The notes under the pieces were generated by a model that ran no database searches, had not been told where the DNA came from, and saw nothing but the letters and a program-made list of their open reading frames with translations. A program made the translations under genes and the position numbers. Shown piece after piece: positions 13,515 through 28,600 of a stretch of 64,000 nucleotides of DNA (positions are counted from its first letter, which is position 1; each line of letters starts with the position of its first letter). Origin of the DNA: Octopus sinensis (Eukaryota); the NCBI RefSeq assembly GCF_006345805.1, contig NC_043009.1, forward strand, positions 11,780,001-11,844,000. The letters are read 5' to 3'.

Positions 13515-16500
13515 CTCCCTCACACACACACTCTCGTCTAATTGTTACTCATTTATTTCTCAGAATATTTTGAAGTCCATAAATTAATTGCCAACCTTTT
13601 TTTATCTAGTCAATACAAATTACAGCATCTATTCTGAGATGAGATGATAGGTGAAGCTTTCTCGTATAACTGGTAATACTACTTCTGAACAAGGTACAAC
13701 TTCATTTGCTGTGCCCAAGTTTCTTTTTCAAATTGTTGTTTATCCTGTCTTAGCATCATTTGTCTATGTTTTGTTACTAATTTCCTCTCCGCTTTTCCAG
13801 ATCTATTACTGCAGTCGCACTCATTCCCAGCTGTCTCAGTTTATTAAAGAAATCAAGAAGAGTCCCTATGGAGACGATGTCAGTGTGACAACATTAGCTT
13901 CAAGACAAGTAAGATTGGCCAACAAAAATTCCTAAACATTAAGACTCAATAGATTTAAATACGAAAGCATGTTACCTAGCAGTTAGAATGATGCATTCAC
14001 AATCGCAAGGTCATGGTTTCAATCCCTGGACCAGGCGAAGTGTTGTACTCTTGAGCAAAACACTTCATTTTACATAGCTCCAGCCCTCTCAGCTGCAAAT
14101 AAGCTCCCCTGTGATGAATTGGTGCCTGTTTAGAGGGACTGTCATGATCTTGGTCTCTTGTACATCATAGGCCTCCTCACCTAGCCAGTGGACAGCATCA
14201 TTTGAAAGCTACAACAATGCAAAGAAGTGCATGGTGACCAAGGGTGTATAACAGCATCTAATAGTCTGGTTCATACGGTGATACAATGACATTTACGTAT
14301 GCCAAATGTTTCCAATCATATTTTATATAATACTTTCAGCAATACTATTTTATTTTTATTTTTTACTTGTTTCAGTCATTTGACTGGAGCACCGCCTTTA
14401 GTCGAGCAAATCGACCCCAGGACTTATTCTTTGTAAGCCTAGTACTTATTCTATCGGTCGCTTTTACCAAACCGCTAAGTTACTGGGACGTAAACACACC
14501 AGCATCGGTTGTCAAGTGATGTTGGTGGGAACAAACACAGACACACAAACATATATATACATACTAGCAGTATCGCCCGGCGTTGCTCGGGTTTGTTTCG
14601 ATCCGCTGGAATTGTAATTTTGAAAAGTAAAAATTTTGGGAACATTTTTCTGGTCGAAATACACCGAAAAGTGGCGACACAGCAGTGAAAAAATCGTAAA
14701 AAATAGGGATTTTCATAGAAAAAAGCATCTTTTTGATGTAAATAATTTTTGGTGTTAACATGGTCCGATTTGAATTTTATGTTCTACGGAAGGAAGAGCA
14801 ACCCTTCTTCTACCATACTCTCAATTTTGGTCAACTTGCGCCCCACAGGGTCTCGGAGGAGATAGTGTTAGTTGAAGGTTACCATTCTAGGTGCCTGAGT
14901 AACAACCTCGCGGATTTACAGATAAATGAATTAATTACTATTTTACAGAATAAAATTAAATAATTCTTGAAAATTAATTAATATTAATATTTTTTGAACA
15001 AAGTAAATAATTTTTAAAACTTAAATAATAATTTTTTTTACACAAACGCGAAGAGGGAAAAGGGGGTGGCGAATTCGATTTACATACCTAAATTTTTTCT
15101 TTTTCATGACATTGTAGCAAAATAGTAGTGAATTATATAAATACCAGCAGTACATTTTTTTTTCTGGGGTATTTTTTTTCAACCTCGTCACATATTTGCC
15201 CCTTTCAATTTAAACAAAGTCTTAATTAAGCAATTACGGCAGCTTAGCAATGGTTTCAATACAGGCGTGACATCTGTATCTCAATTGTTCAAAACCCTTC
15301 GAATTTTTTCGCACGTGATGATATCATAGTGAAAACTTTCAATTACGCCGCTTATTTCTGTCTTTCACTCTGTCTGTCTCTTTACACACACTAACAAAAG
15401 CACTTCACTTACACACCACACTTTCTGTGTCGCACAACCCATCAAACACACACACACACTCACGCACGCACACATGTACATCAATGCTTTCGGAGTGAAA
15501 TGTTAAAATATTGAGTTTTCTCGAATTTTGTCTTAATTGGTGGTAAAATTGAAAGAAATTTTTTATGGCATCACCCACTGAAGTACTCTGAAAAATCATG
15601 GGTACACTCTAATTGAAGAAATTGTGTGAGGAGTAAATCGTTATGTATTTATTTGTTTCTGTTTGCTGTGTTTTTTTATTTTTTGAGTAGTGGTTTAAAT
15701 ACTTTCAGTTTAGTCTTCCTCAAATCACTCTGTCGCTATTTACTTTCATTTTATTCGTTGCACACTGTGTGTGTGCGTGTGCGTGTGGTGTAAACCACAT
15801 TAAGAAAAGCATTTGACACACACACCAGAATGTGAGTTTTCTGTAAATTTTGCTTAATTGGAGTTTAAATTTTAAAAACTGGACCTGGCATGACCCGATG
15901 CATTCTACTCTTAAAAATGCTAGGTAAATTGTAATTGAAGAAATCCTATATTGTAGATTTCTATAACTTACAAAGGGAGGCAGATAAAATCTGCCTTTTA
16001 TAATAAGAGATATACAACGGGCTTCTTTCAGTTTCCGTCTACCAAATCCATTCATAAGGCTTTGGTCACCCTGAGGCTGTAGTAGAAGACACTTGCCCAA
16101 GGTGCCATGCAGTGGGACTGAACCCGGAACCATGTCTTTCGTAAACAAGCTACTTACCACACAGCCACTCCTATGCCTATAGCAATGTTTAATAATTATG
16201 ACAATTATATTATATAAGTTGCTTTTTGCCTTAAACAAATCAAAATCGCTGACCTGGCCGATGACAGTACCTCTTAATTGGAATTGTGCCAGTGGAATGT
16301 TAAAAGCACATCTGAGCATGATCGTTGCTAGGGCCACAGATTGGCTCCTGTGCCAGTGACACATGAAAAGCACCATTTGAGTGTAATCGTTGCTAGCGTC
16401 ACCTTAATGGCACATGGAGAACAACATTCGAGCGTGGTCGTTGCCAGTGCCGCCAGACTGGCTCCCATGCAGGTAGCACGTAAAAACACCTTTTGAGCAT

Positions 16501-19500
16501 GGTCGTTGACAGAACCACCTGTGGCATGTAAATGCACCCACTACACTCTTGGAGTGGTTGGCATTAGAAAAGGCATCCAGCTGTAGAAACTCTGCCAGAT
16601 CAAGATTGGAGCCTGGTGCAGCCTCCTGGTTTGCCAGTCCTCAGTCAAACCGTCCAACCCATGCCAGCATGGAAAGCGGACATTTTTTCTGGCTTTCATA
16701 AGACATCAAGGTATGTCTTTTATGTTTTTTTTTTTTACTTGTTTCAGTCACTAGACTGCGGCCATGCTGGAGCACCACCTTGATGAATTCTTTAGTTGAA
16801 TGAATCAACCCTAGTACTTGGTTTTTAACGCCTGGTACTTGGCTGAACTGCTGAGTTATGGGAACGTAAACCAACCAACACCAGTAGTCAAGCAGTAGTA
16901 GGAGACACACACACACACACACACACATATGAATTGGGATTCTTTCAGTTTCCCTCTACCAAATCCACTCACAGGGCTTTGGTCAGCATGAGGCTATAGT
17001 AGAAGACACTTGCCCAAGATGCCATGCAGTGGGCTTGAATCTGGAACCATTTGGTTGGGAAGCAAGCTTCTTACTACACTGTTATGCCTGCAACTATATA
17101 TGGAATAAGTTGTCAAGGACATCTGTGGAATGTAATGGCACTTTCCTTAGGAATCGGTTTCTGTTTTCTGGCATCTGTCTGTGAATCAGTAAAAGCCAAA
17201 TCCCAATGTTGCCAGATTTAAAAGGCCTCACCTGTAGCAAGGCAATGTGCATCTGTTTGCTATTTTTCATGTTTCTCTGTTATACTACTTCATTGTGACC
17301 CCTATTTTTCTGTTGCAGAATATGTGTATCAATGAGAATGTCCAACGTTTAAAGTCTTTAACTTTAATAAATGACCAGTGTTTGGAATTGCAGAAATCTA
17401 AAAAAAGTAAGATTCTCTCTAAAATGGACTTAATATCCTTTTGCTTTATTTAAAAACTAAGTTTCGTTTTTGGATTTGGTTTGCAAGATTCTTTATATGA
17501 GTTCGTGTGTTGAAGCATATTCTATTGTGTCTGCGGAGTCATTTTCTTTTTGTGCCTTATAATCTAACATACTCACTGGTAAAATTTCCACTTATTTCTT
17601 ATTTTTATTTTCCTAAAATTTTCGTTGCGTCTTGCAACCTTTTCAATACATTTATGTTTCACTGGCGGGCACGAGCACCATACGAGCATGATCGTTGACA
17701 GAGAGGCTAACCGGCTTCCGTGCCAGTGGCACATAAAAGGCACCATTCGAGTGTGATCGTTACCAGCTTCGCCTTACTGGCACTTGTGCCCCGTCCTAGT
17801 AGGGTGCTAAGAGCACCATCCGAGCATGATCGTTGCCAGAGCGGCCAACTGGCTTCCGTACCAGTGGCGTGTACGAGGCACCATTCAAGCGAGATCGTTA
17901 CCAGCATCGCCTTACTGGCACCTGTGCCGTTGGCATGTGTAAAAAGATTCTAGCGTTGTCATTGTCAGTAACGCCTGATTGGCCCCCCCATGCTGGTGGT
18001 ACGTAAAAGCACCCACTACACTCTCGGAGTGACCAAAAAGAGATGAGCACATAGTTGGTCGGTACAATGCGCAACATATGCCACTTGTAGACCCGCAAAA
18101 AATCTTCCTTTCACCCCATCACATCAACATATGCCACTGGTAGACCCGCAAAATTTCTTCCTTCCACCCCTTCACATCAAACTCAGCCTCATGAAAATCT
18201 TTGTAAAAGCAATGACACACGTTGGTTGTGCCTTCCAGTACTTACAAGTAAAATTAGGTGCAGAGAAAAGTGACGCAAAACTGAAAGCCAGAATTTTCAT
18301 TGGATCCAAAATCAAAGAATTGATATCTGGTAGCAAATTCGGAGGTAAACTGAATCCAGTTGAGCTGATAGCATGGGATTCGTTCGTATTAATTCTACAG
18401 AACTTTCTTCTGATACTGTTTTATTTGCTAATAAGAAAATAAATAAAATGAATGAGGGTAAAAAATTGACAAAAAATTATTTATCTTTAATCAAAAAGAA
18501 TTTATTTGTGATATAAATTTTAACTGAAACATCTCTATATTTAGCAAATATAAATATACCATTGCATTCTCATGGCATAAAAAACTCACTTTCTTGCATA
18601 GCAGTTCTGTTATTCTACTTTATTATACTTCCAGGTTCAAGTACCAAAGAAAAACAACCAAAGAAACAAAAACAGGCCAGTTGTCCATTCTACAAAGTAG
18701 AAAGAATTGAGCATTATAGAGATAGAATTCTTGTAAGATTTTTAATTTTCTGTTTTGAATTAGTATGATAGCCAATTGGGATTTATTTGAGGCTTTGTTG
18801 TTGCTTGTTAAAAACTACAAATGTTAGAAGTCACTTATTATAATCACAGGAAATATTTTAAAAAACAAGGTGGTGAGCTTGGCAGCATTGTTAGCACATC
18901 AAACAAAATGCTTAGTGACATCTCTTCTGGTTCTTTATGGTCTTAGTTCAAATCCTGCTGAGGTCAAGTTTGCTTTCCATCCCTTTGATTTTGGTAAAAT
19001 AACTGACCATCAAGTATTAGACTCAATGTAATTGACATGTTCCATCATCATCATCGTTTAGCATCCGCTTTCCATGCTAGCATGGATTGGACAGTTCAAC
19101 TGGGGTCTGGGAAGCCAGAAGGCTGCACCAGGCCCAGTCTGATCTGGCAGTGTTTCTACAGCTGGATGCCCTTCCTAATGCCAACCACTGGCCTTATGAG
19201 TCATTGGGCTATAGAAAAACAAAGTCTTCTAAAATAAATTCTTATAAAATAAACTCTTAAGAATAATTAAAAAATTGTCTGTTTATTATAATCAAAGGTC
19301 TAGATGTCATCCAGTCATTGTTATTGAAAAGACTTCTTCCAAAGTGATCTAAGAAAGTGACTTCTACTGTAATATAAATCATCATCATCATCGTTTTCCA
19401 TGCTAGCATGGGTTGGACGATTTTGACTGAGGTCTGGCGAATCAGATGACTGCACCAGGTCCAATCTTGATCTGGCAGAGTTTCTACAGCTGGATGCCCT

Positions 19501-22500
19501 TCCTAACGCCAACCACTCTGAGAGTGTAATGGGTGCTTTTTACGTGCCACCGGCACGGGAGCCAGTCAGGCGGTACTGGCAACAACCTCACTCGAATCTT
19601 TTTATTTCAATATAAATATCTTATTTCTTTGTAGACTGAAGTTAGAGACATTGAACAACTCGTTAACCTGGGAAAACAAATGAAATGTTGTCCGTATTAT
19701 GGCACACGTTTTAGTATTGCAGCAGCAGAGGTAAGTCTAGTTTCATAAGTATTGTGTGTTTTTTTTATCATCATCATCATCGTTTAACATCTGTTCTCCA
19801 TGCTAGCATGGGTTGGACGGTTCGACCGGGGATCTGGGAAGCCAGGAGGCTGCACCAGGCTCCAGTCTGATCTGGCAGTGTTTCTACAGCTTGATGCCCT
19901 TCCTAACGCCAACCACACCGTGAGTGTAGTGGGTGCCTTTTACGTGCCACCTGCACAGGTGCCAGGCGAGGCTGGCAACGGCCACAACCAGTTGGTGCAT
20001 TTTACGTGCCACCGGCATGGAAGCCAGTCAAGGCGGCGCTGGCAATGGCCACGTTCAGATGGTGCTTTTTATGTGCCACCGGCACTGGTATCACAACTAC
20101 AGTTTCCATTGATTTTCTGATCGATTTTGATTTCACTTGCCTCAACAGGTCTTCCCAAGCAGAGTTTTGTGTCCAATGGCTACATCCCGGGTAAAGGCCC
20201 TGGGTTATGGTCTCACTTGTCCTGCCGGGTCTTCTTGAACGATGATGTATAACATACAGCTTCTCTTATCTGCTACTTTCTCCTGCAGAAAACTTAAATT
20301 GCATCAAGATCTTGAAGATCCCAGCCAGAGGTCCAGAAGGTCACCTTATTTTCTGGCAAACCTGTCTGTGTGTTCTATCTTTAATAGTGCTGCTTACAAT
20401 GATCCAGGCTATGGTTAGCAGCAGCCACTCTTTTACTTTTTTCTTTCTTTCAGTCATTTGACTGCAGCCATGCTGGAGCACTACCCTTAGTCGAGAAAAT
20501 TGACCCTAGGACTTATTCTTTGTAAGCCTATCGGTCTCTTTTGCCGAACCACTTAGTTATGGGGATGTAAACACACCAGCATCGGTTGTCAAGTGATGTT
20601 GGGGGGACAAACAGACACACACATACATACATATATATATACATATACATATATACGACGGGCTTCTTTCAGTTTCCGTCTACCAAATCCACTCATAAGG
20701 CTTTGGTCGGTCAGAGGCTATAGTAGAACACACTTTCCCAAGGTGCCATGCAGTAGGACTGAACCCGGAACCATGTGGTTGGTAAGCAAGCTACTTACCA
20801 CACAGCCACTCCTGCACTGGTCATGTTTACTTACACCCTCCCCACTGTCCACCAGTTCTAAAGGTCCAGCACAATTAATGGTTATATGCTGTCCTTCTTT
20901 CTCCCTTTAGTAAATCACACAGACATAAAACAAAGCCTAAATGTTATCTGTCATAACTTCACTCCCACCACAAGGTCCAGGCTTTGCTGCAATGTCCACG
21001 GTTTGTGTGCCTCAGTGACCCTGATATCTATGCCAGCAGAACACAAGCTCTTGACAGGGCCTCCCATGCTGAACAAATCAAAGGATTGAAGCCCAACTAA
21101 AATGGACTGCTTTTTTCCCCCAGGAGTGAAAATGAATTTGAATAGAGTTAATAGCACTACCAAGAAAAAAAAAAACAAAGTTACCAAAGCTTTGATGACA
21201 ATTTAAAACCATCAAACCCTGGGATAGGAAAGGAGCAGAAAAGACAGCTCAGAGTCAGAAACAGGGGAGAAAAATCATTAATGCCTTATATTCCATAAGG
21301 AGTTCAGTGGGTTGTCACCCATAATTATGACCCTAGTATCGATCTATTGCATTTCAATCTGTTTTAGGGTTAGGGTTAGGGGTGGGGGAAGGGTATCTTT
21401 TTTCTTCACTAATGTAAATAAACCCAATCTGTTTCTTAAACAAGGGACATATTCATATGGCACAATGTTTTTGTTACCTCAGTAGACGTCAGTGATTGGT
21501 TGAAATTGCAGAAATTGAAGAAAGAAAAAAAAACAAATATCTTACAAACTATACAATTTTCTCAATAAAGCCAAGAGAAAAAGATGTTTTATAAACACAT
21601 TCTACCAGTATACGAAGTTTTAAATTTTTTAGTTACCTAGAAATTATGTTAAAAACTGCCGTTCAAACCGAAAAGATCCGTTCAGAGCTTAAGTTAACTG
21701 CACTCAATTGTCTTTAGCCCATTGATGCACAAAGCAGTTGTTTTCAAATGGTACCCCATGGTACTCTGGTATACTTCATAGAGTACCTTGATGTGATACA
21801 GTTGTTTTTTTTTTTTCTCTATAATGTAAGATTTTAGAAACAATTCTAATTTTTATCTGTTAGTCATAATTTTGTTATCACCTTGACCGACCAGTCAGGC
21901 GTCCATTTGACACTGCTGGTCACAGCACGCTATCCACTCCTCTCTGGATCGCGCCTTTCTCATCCACGTGATCCCAATCGTCCTCCTGAAATGGTAATTC
22001 CACCATCGTGGAGGTCTTCTGGATGGTCTTTTCTGCTCGCGCGGGTACCACTCAACAACTGCGTGCGTCCACCGATTATCGGTGAGCCGGGCGACGTGTC
22101 CAGCCCATCTATACTTGCTGCATGTATACTCTGCGATGACATCTCTCAAGCCGGACTACTTTCTGAAAACACAGATTAGCTTCAGACCATGCTGACGGAG
22201 CTCGACATCAAAAGCTCTGCAGTAGGTCTCAAGATGAACCGCATGAATTTTGTTATATACAACTATAATTAATAAAGCGAAGTGTTTGTGTGTGTGTATG
22301 TAAATATTAACTTTAAAACTGATTAAATTCTTTCAAAACTACCTATGTGATGTGTATCCTCCAATTTTTATTTGATCTCTGGCATTCAATGAATTTTAAA
22401 AGATTAAGGATTGCTGGGATAAGCAACTAAAAAAAAAAAAGAAACAAAAATATATATATAAAATAAACAAAGAGGCAACAATTTGAAAACTTCAACTGTT

Positions 22501-25500
22501 GCTTTAACTACTTTTGAAAGGGAACATAAATTAGAAATATTTGGTTAATCATATGTTTTTTTTTTTTGCCTTTTAATTCTTTAGCATTCAATGTAATGTT
22601 TATTCACGTTGTTTTCATCTTATAAACAATAACTCTGAGCACCTTTTCAAACTCCATTTGTCTAACACCCGTGGACATGTTTACAAAGTCAGAAAACTGC
22701 ACAGCTCCCATGACTTTAAATAAAGTACCAGTTATGCACTGGGGTCGATGTAGTTGACTTAATCCCTTTGTTTGTCTCTCTATGTTTAGCCCCTTGTGGG
22801 CAATAAAGAAATATAATGTATTTCTCAAGTCAAAATGTGCCTCCACATGGTTTTCATATCTGTAATATAATTAAGAGCCAAATCTCATTTAAATTTTACT
22901 ATACTGTCCTTATCAGTGTTGGTATGACTATGTGATTAAGAAGCTTACTTCCAAACCACTAGGTCTTAGGTTCAGTTCCACTGCATGGCATCTTATTCTG
23001 CTCGGAGTCGTTTACCGTCCTCCAAATTATCGCCAAAACGCACAGCTTTTTGATATCCTCAGGGCGGCTACCATGAAAACGGCCACATATGTGTATGTTG
23101 CGGGGGACTTCAATTTCCCTGAGATTGACTGGGAGGCCTTCCGTTGGCCGCAAAGTGCAGACGATTTCCTTGAACTGGTGCTGAATTCGAATTGGTCCCA
23201 AGTTGTTACCTCCCCCACAAGGGGTGACAACACTTTGGATCTGATACTTACCGCTTCTCCTGAAACAATTATTAGTGTCGCTACTGAAGAACCTTTGGGT
23301 GACTCTGATCATTCCATGATCATGGCCGACTTGTCTCTGATTGGTTGTAACAAAAAACACAACCATCTTCAGATTGCCCGCTTTGACTGGAATAAAGCAA
23401 ACTGGAGCTCTTATTGTACTGAGCTGCAACGCCCAAACTGGCGTGAATTTTATGCCTCTGGAGATGTGAACACTATACTCCAGAACATTCTGAATTCAAT
23501 ATGGGCAGCATGTGCAGCATCAGTGCCACTCAAGCACAAAAAACCACCCAATAGTGCAATTTGGGAGACTGCAGCAGTCCGACTTGCCAGGAAAGAACGC
23601 CGTAATGCTGAACGGGAATACAAATTGCACAAATCAGAAAGCAACAGGAAAAAGCACAATAGGTCAGCCAACCACCTCAAGCAGATGACAAAAAAGGCAG
23701 TGCTTGAATTTGAACATCGCATTGCAGCTAACCCTGACAGCAAAGGGTTCTGGAAGTATGTGCACTCAAAGCAGAGAACCCACTCTCCTGTTGGTCCCCT
23801 TCGCAATCCCTACACAGGACAGATTACTGGCAATCCCGAAGAATGTGCAGAAATCATTGCCTGATGCTATGCCGGCATCTTTACTGTCGAAGACCAAAAT
23901 GTTCCATCATCATCACCACTGACATCGGACTCTATATCTTCTATGCAATTTACACCAGCAATGCTGCAACGCCACCTAAAGAATAAACGCAATTATGCCT
24001 CTCCTGGTCTCGATGGTGTTATGTACCTACTTCTAAAACGCGGTGGGTACTTTCTTCTAAGCCAACTTTCTCTATTCTTCCAATTCTGTCTTGACAATGG
24101 TGTTACTCCAGAACAGTGGAAAACTGCCAGTGTCATCCCTCTGTTCAAAAAAGGGGACCGCACATCGCCTGTCAACTATCGCCCCGTCAGTCTTACCAGC
24201 TGCATCGCCAAACTGATGGAATCCTGTATCAGAGAAACCCTCTGGAACTTCTGGAAGTCTCACAGCCTCATCCAGCCGTCACAATTCGGATTTATTCCTA
24301 ACTCCAGCTGCTGTAATCAACTCATCGAGTTTCTTGAGGATGTTACCCAAATCACTGATCGCGGATCCTGGGTGGATGTTGTTTACCTGGACTTTGCTAA
24401 GGCTTTTAACTCTGTGCCACACAAAAGACTTATGGTGAAGCTTTCTGCGTTGGGTGTAAGAGACGAACTCTATAACTGGTTAAAGTCCTTTATTTTCGGC
24501 CGAAAAGAGGTTGTCACAGTTCTAGGACAGCACTCTTTGCCCTATGAGATGACATCTGGTGTGCCGCAGGGATCTGTTCTTGGCCCTCTTTTATTTGTTG
24601 CATATGTTAATGACATAGATGCCAACTTAAAGAATGCCACAGTGCTGAAATATGCAGATGACATCAAGCTGTACCTCGAAATAAAGAGGTCAAATCCTAT
24701 ACACTATGGATCTCTATTGCAAGCAGACCTGGACACAATGCAGCAGTGGATCATGGACTGGCAACTCAAGCTGGCTGTGGACAAATGTACCACCATGCAT
24801 TTTGGGAAGAGAAACCCAGCGTCCACCTACTCCCTCCACAACACTAGTCTCAAAAAGTCTTCAAGTGAACGTGACCTGGGTGTTATTGTCGACAGCGATT
24901 TGCGTTGGACAAAACACATCGCTAAAATTGTCAAGAAGGCTGAGGGTGTCTTGGCATCACTCACCTAATCCTTTGTGAGCCGCTCTCCGGCTATCTATCT
25001 GCGGCTGTATATAGCTATGGTAAGACCTCACCTGGAGTTTGCATCGCCGGTCTGGAGCCCCTATCTTGCCCAGGACATCAATCGTCAGGAAGCTGTTCAG
25101 CGACGTGCAACCAAAAGAATACCCTCCATCAGGCATTTGCCATATCCTGAATGCCTTACCTCCCTGGGCATGGACACATTGAAACTCCGACGTCTGGCAG
25201 CTGACTTGGCAGACACCCATAAAATTATCAACCATCGCACAAACAATAACTCTGAGCACCTCTTCAAACTCCACCCATCTAACACCCGTGGACATATTTA
25301 CAAAGTAAGAAAACAGCACAGCTCCCATGACTTCAGGAAACATTTTTTCACGCTGAGAGTTGCTGAAGCGTGGAACAAACTGCCGACATCAGTTGTTAGT
25401 TGTCGGAGCACTGCTTCCTTCAAAACTTTCATGCTTCCTGAGATTCGCCAACACTACACTTGATTTTCTTCCCTCCATACACCCAGACATTTCTACACTA

Positions 25501-25565
25501 CTGCATGTACTTTATATGCACTTTCTGACAAGTTGTGGTGCACCTGAGCACTGTATACAATAATT

Positions 25566-25600
<35 letters not shown>

Positions 25601-28600
25601 TTTTATTTCCTATTTCTTTATTGCCCACAAGGGGCTAAACATAGAGGGGACAAACAAGGACAGACAAACGGATTTAGTCGATTATGTTTTCATGCTAAGA
25701 GTTGCTGAAGCATGGAACAAACTGCCGGCATCAGTTGTTAGAGCACTGCATCCTTCAAAACTTCCATGCTTCCTGAGATTCGCCAACACTACACCTGATT
25801 TTCTCCCCTCCATACACACGCAGGCATGTATCTGACTCATACACTGTTCACTTTCCAGACATTTGTACATTACTGCATATGCTTTATACGCACTTTTGAC
25901 AAGTTGTGGTGCACCTGAGCACTGTATACAATAATTTCATTATTATTATATAATCACTTATGTTGTAGCTTTGTGATTTCCATGGTGTGATTGTATATTT
26001 TCAAAATGACATTGTAGGATAAGTGTGAGAGGCAGGATTTGGCCAGTTTGATCATAAAACATGCACAATATTTGGGCTGGATATAGTCAGATTAAATGCT
26101 GAAAGGTTAAAGACAAACCATGACCACAGAACTGTAACTTTGCTGTAGTTATATATATATAAGATCGAAATCAAATTTGATGATTGGCATCTGTGCTAGT
26201 GGAGTTCTGAGAGTAGCATATGAGCGTGATCATTGCCAGAGCAACAAGCTGGCCTCCGTGCCAATGGCACATTAAAAGCACCATTCGAGCGTGATCGTTA
26301 CCTGCGTTGCCTTACTGGCATTTGTGCCTGTGGAACATGAAAAATACATTTGAGCTAGGTCGTTGCCAGTACCGCTAGACTGGCTCATGTGCAGGTGGCA
26401 CATAAAAAGTGCCATTTGAGCGTGGCTGTTGCCAGTACCGCCTGACTGGCCCTTGTGCCAGTGGCACGTAAACACACCCACTACACTCTCAGAGTGGTTG
26501 GTGTTAGGAAGGGCATCCAGCTGTAGAAACACTGCCAGATCAGATTGGAGCCTGGTGCTGCCATCTGGTTCACCAGACCTCAGTCAAATCGTCCAACCCA
26601 CGCTAGCATGGAAAGCGGACGTTAAACGATGATGATGATGTTTAATTAGCTTTGTTTGTTGACCTAAATTAATTATATAAAAAACATGAAATCATTAAAA
26701 AACAAGTACCTTCTTTATAGGTTACTAGCAGTATCGCCCGGCGTTGCTCGGGTTTGTAAGGGAAATAACTATAAAGCATTTTTAGAGAGTTATAGCCAAA
26801 AAATGGAAAAAAAATTATGGTAAATTTTTTTTAGTTAAAAAGGTCGAGTTGCGTCCCCTAGACAGTCTGTGGTTTGTGTTTCTGATTCTCGACCTAATGT
26901 CGAATTTATCGATTTCTTTCAGAACTGGGGAAACTTTTCAAAGTTTTCGCTGCGTTAGTTTTGAATTATGACATTGGGCTATGTGTGTGTCAAGTTTCAT
27001 CAGAATCGGTTGAAAGCCGTGGTCAGGGTGAGGGTACAACCTAACAGACACACAGAAACACACACAGACAAACTGCCGTTTATATAGAGAGAGATTTCGA
27101 TGTTAACCTCTCCTGAAACCTGTCTTTGTGTTCTTAACTTTCAGATTGTTGCGCTGCCTTACAACACGATGCTCCACCGTTCCACACGCGAGTCCTGTGG
27201 AATCAAGCTTGAAGGTAATATTGTTATCATAGATGAAGCTCATAATCTGCTAGAGACCATCAACAACATTCATAGTGTTGAAGTGTTTGGGTCACAAGTA
27301 AGACATATTCCTACCTCCTCCTCTTCATTGTTTTTTTATTTAATTACCATAAATTCTCGAGTATAGTCTGCCCTTGAGTATAATACGCAGGGGGATTTTT
27401 AGGGGGTTGTACCTCTGAAAAACCTAAACCTTGTGTATAATACACACCCTTTCTCTAACTTGAGTCATGCGTAATTAAGCGAGCAGCACCTAGTCGAACA
27501 AACACTTCTGTGCATGCGTAATACAATAATAGTGATGTTCTCAGCTGTTATATAGGAATGTAAATATGTTTGCAGATTGTTTTTGTTACATGTTATTCTG
27601 TGTTCTGAATACTTTTATTTTAATAAATGTTGCTTACTGCAGGTTATGGGTGATTCTTTTATGACTTCATTGCTTTCAGGCTTAGCTTAAGGGATTTTCA
27701 TGTCCGACATCACAAAATGTGTCTGAATAAACATTGTCGGACAGCAAATAGAGACTCGGATATTGCTTAGAAAATTTTTTCATTTTTAACCTTGTATATA
27801 GTAGGCACTAGGGATTTTGACCTTTCAATTTTGGGAAAAAAATGCGGATTATACTCGAGGATTTACGGTACATTCCTTATATAAAATATGTTTCTTTGAT
27901 TGCTGTGTTTATTTGTTGGAAAAATTGTTTTTACTGTTGGAAGCAGAGGCATGGCTGTTTGATAAGAAGTTTGATAAGAAGTTTGATAAGCACAGGCTGT
28001 TTGATAAGAAGTTTGATAAGAAGTTTGATAAGCACAGGCTGTTTGATAAGAAGTTTGATAAGCACAGGCTGTTTGATAAGAAGTTTGATAAGCACAGGCT
28101 GTTTGATAAGAAGTTTGATAAGAAGTTTGATAAGCACAGGCTGTTTGATAAGAAGTTTGATAAGCACAGGCTGTTTGATAAAAGTTTGATAAGCACAGGC
28201 TGTTTGATAGAAGTTTGATAAGCACAGGCTGTTTGATAAGAAGTTTGATAAGCACAGGCTGTTTGATAAGAAGTTTGATAAGCACAGGCTGTTTGATAAG
28301 AAGTTTGATAAGCACAGGCTGTTTGATAAGAAGTTTGATAAGCACAGGCTATTTGATAAGAAGTTTGATAAGCACAGGCTGTTTGATAAGAAGTTTGATA
28401 AGAGTTTGATAAGCACAGGCTGTTTGATAAGAAGTTTGATAAGCACAGGCTGTTTGATAAGAAGTTTGATAAGCACAGGCTGTTTGATAAGAAGTTTGAT
28501 AAGCACAGGCTGTTTGATAAGAAGTTTGATAAGCACAGGCGTTTGATAAGAAGTTTGATAAGCACAGGCTGTTTGATAAGAAGTTTGATAAGAAGTTTGA

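Noticed and set aside
15720-16376. 218-aa minus ORF and similar MLAWVGRF.../MFLQLDALP... ORFs
   Set aside because: Chance frames across SINE, Helitron and family C repeats
22932-22989. Apparent start of LINE ORF2 (MIKKLTSKP...)
   Set aside because: Derived from an adjacent SINE A head; the LINE is 5'-truncated
23862-24968. Idea that A-to-I editing rescues the two LINE stops to Trp
   Set aside because: The paralogous copy has AAG (Lys) at the second site and the first looks like CGA-to-TGA decay; ordinary mutations suffice
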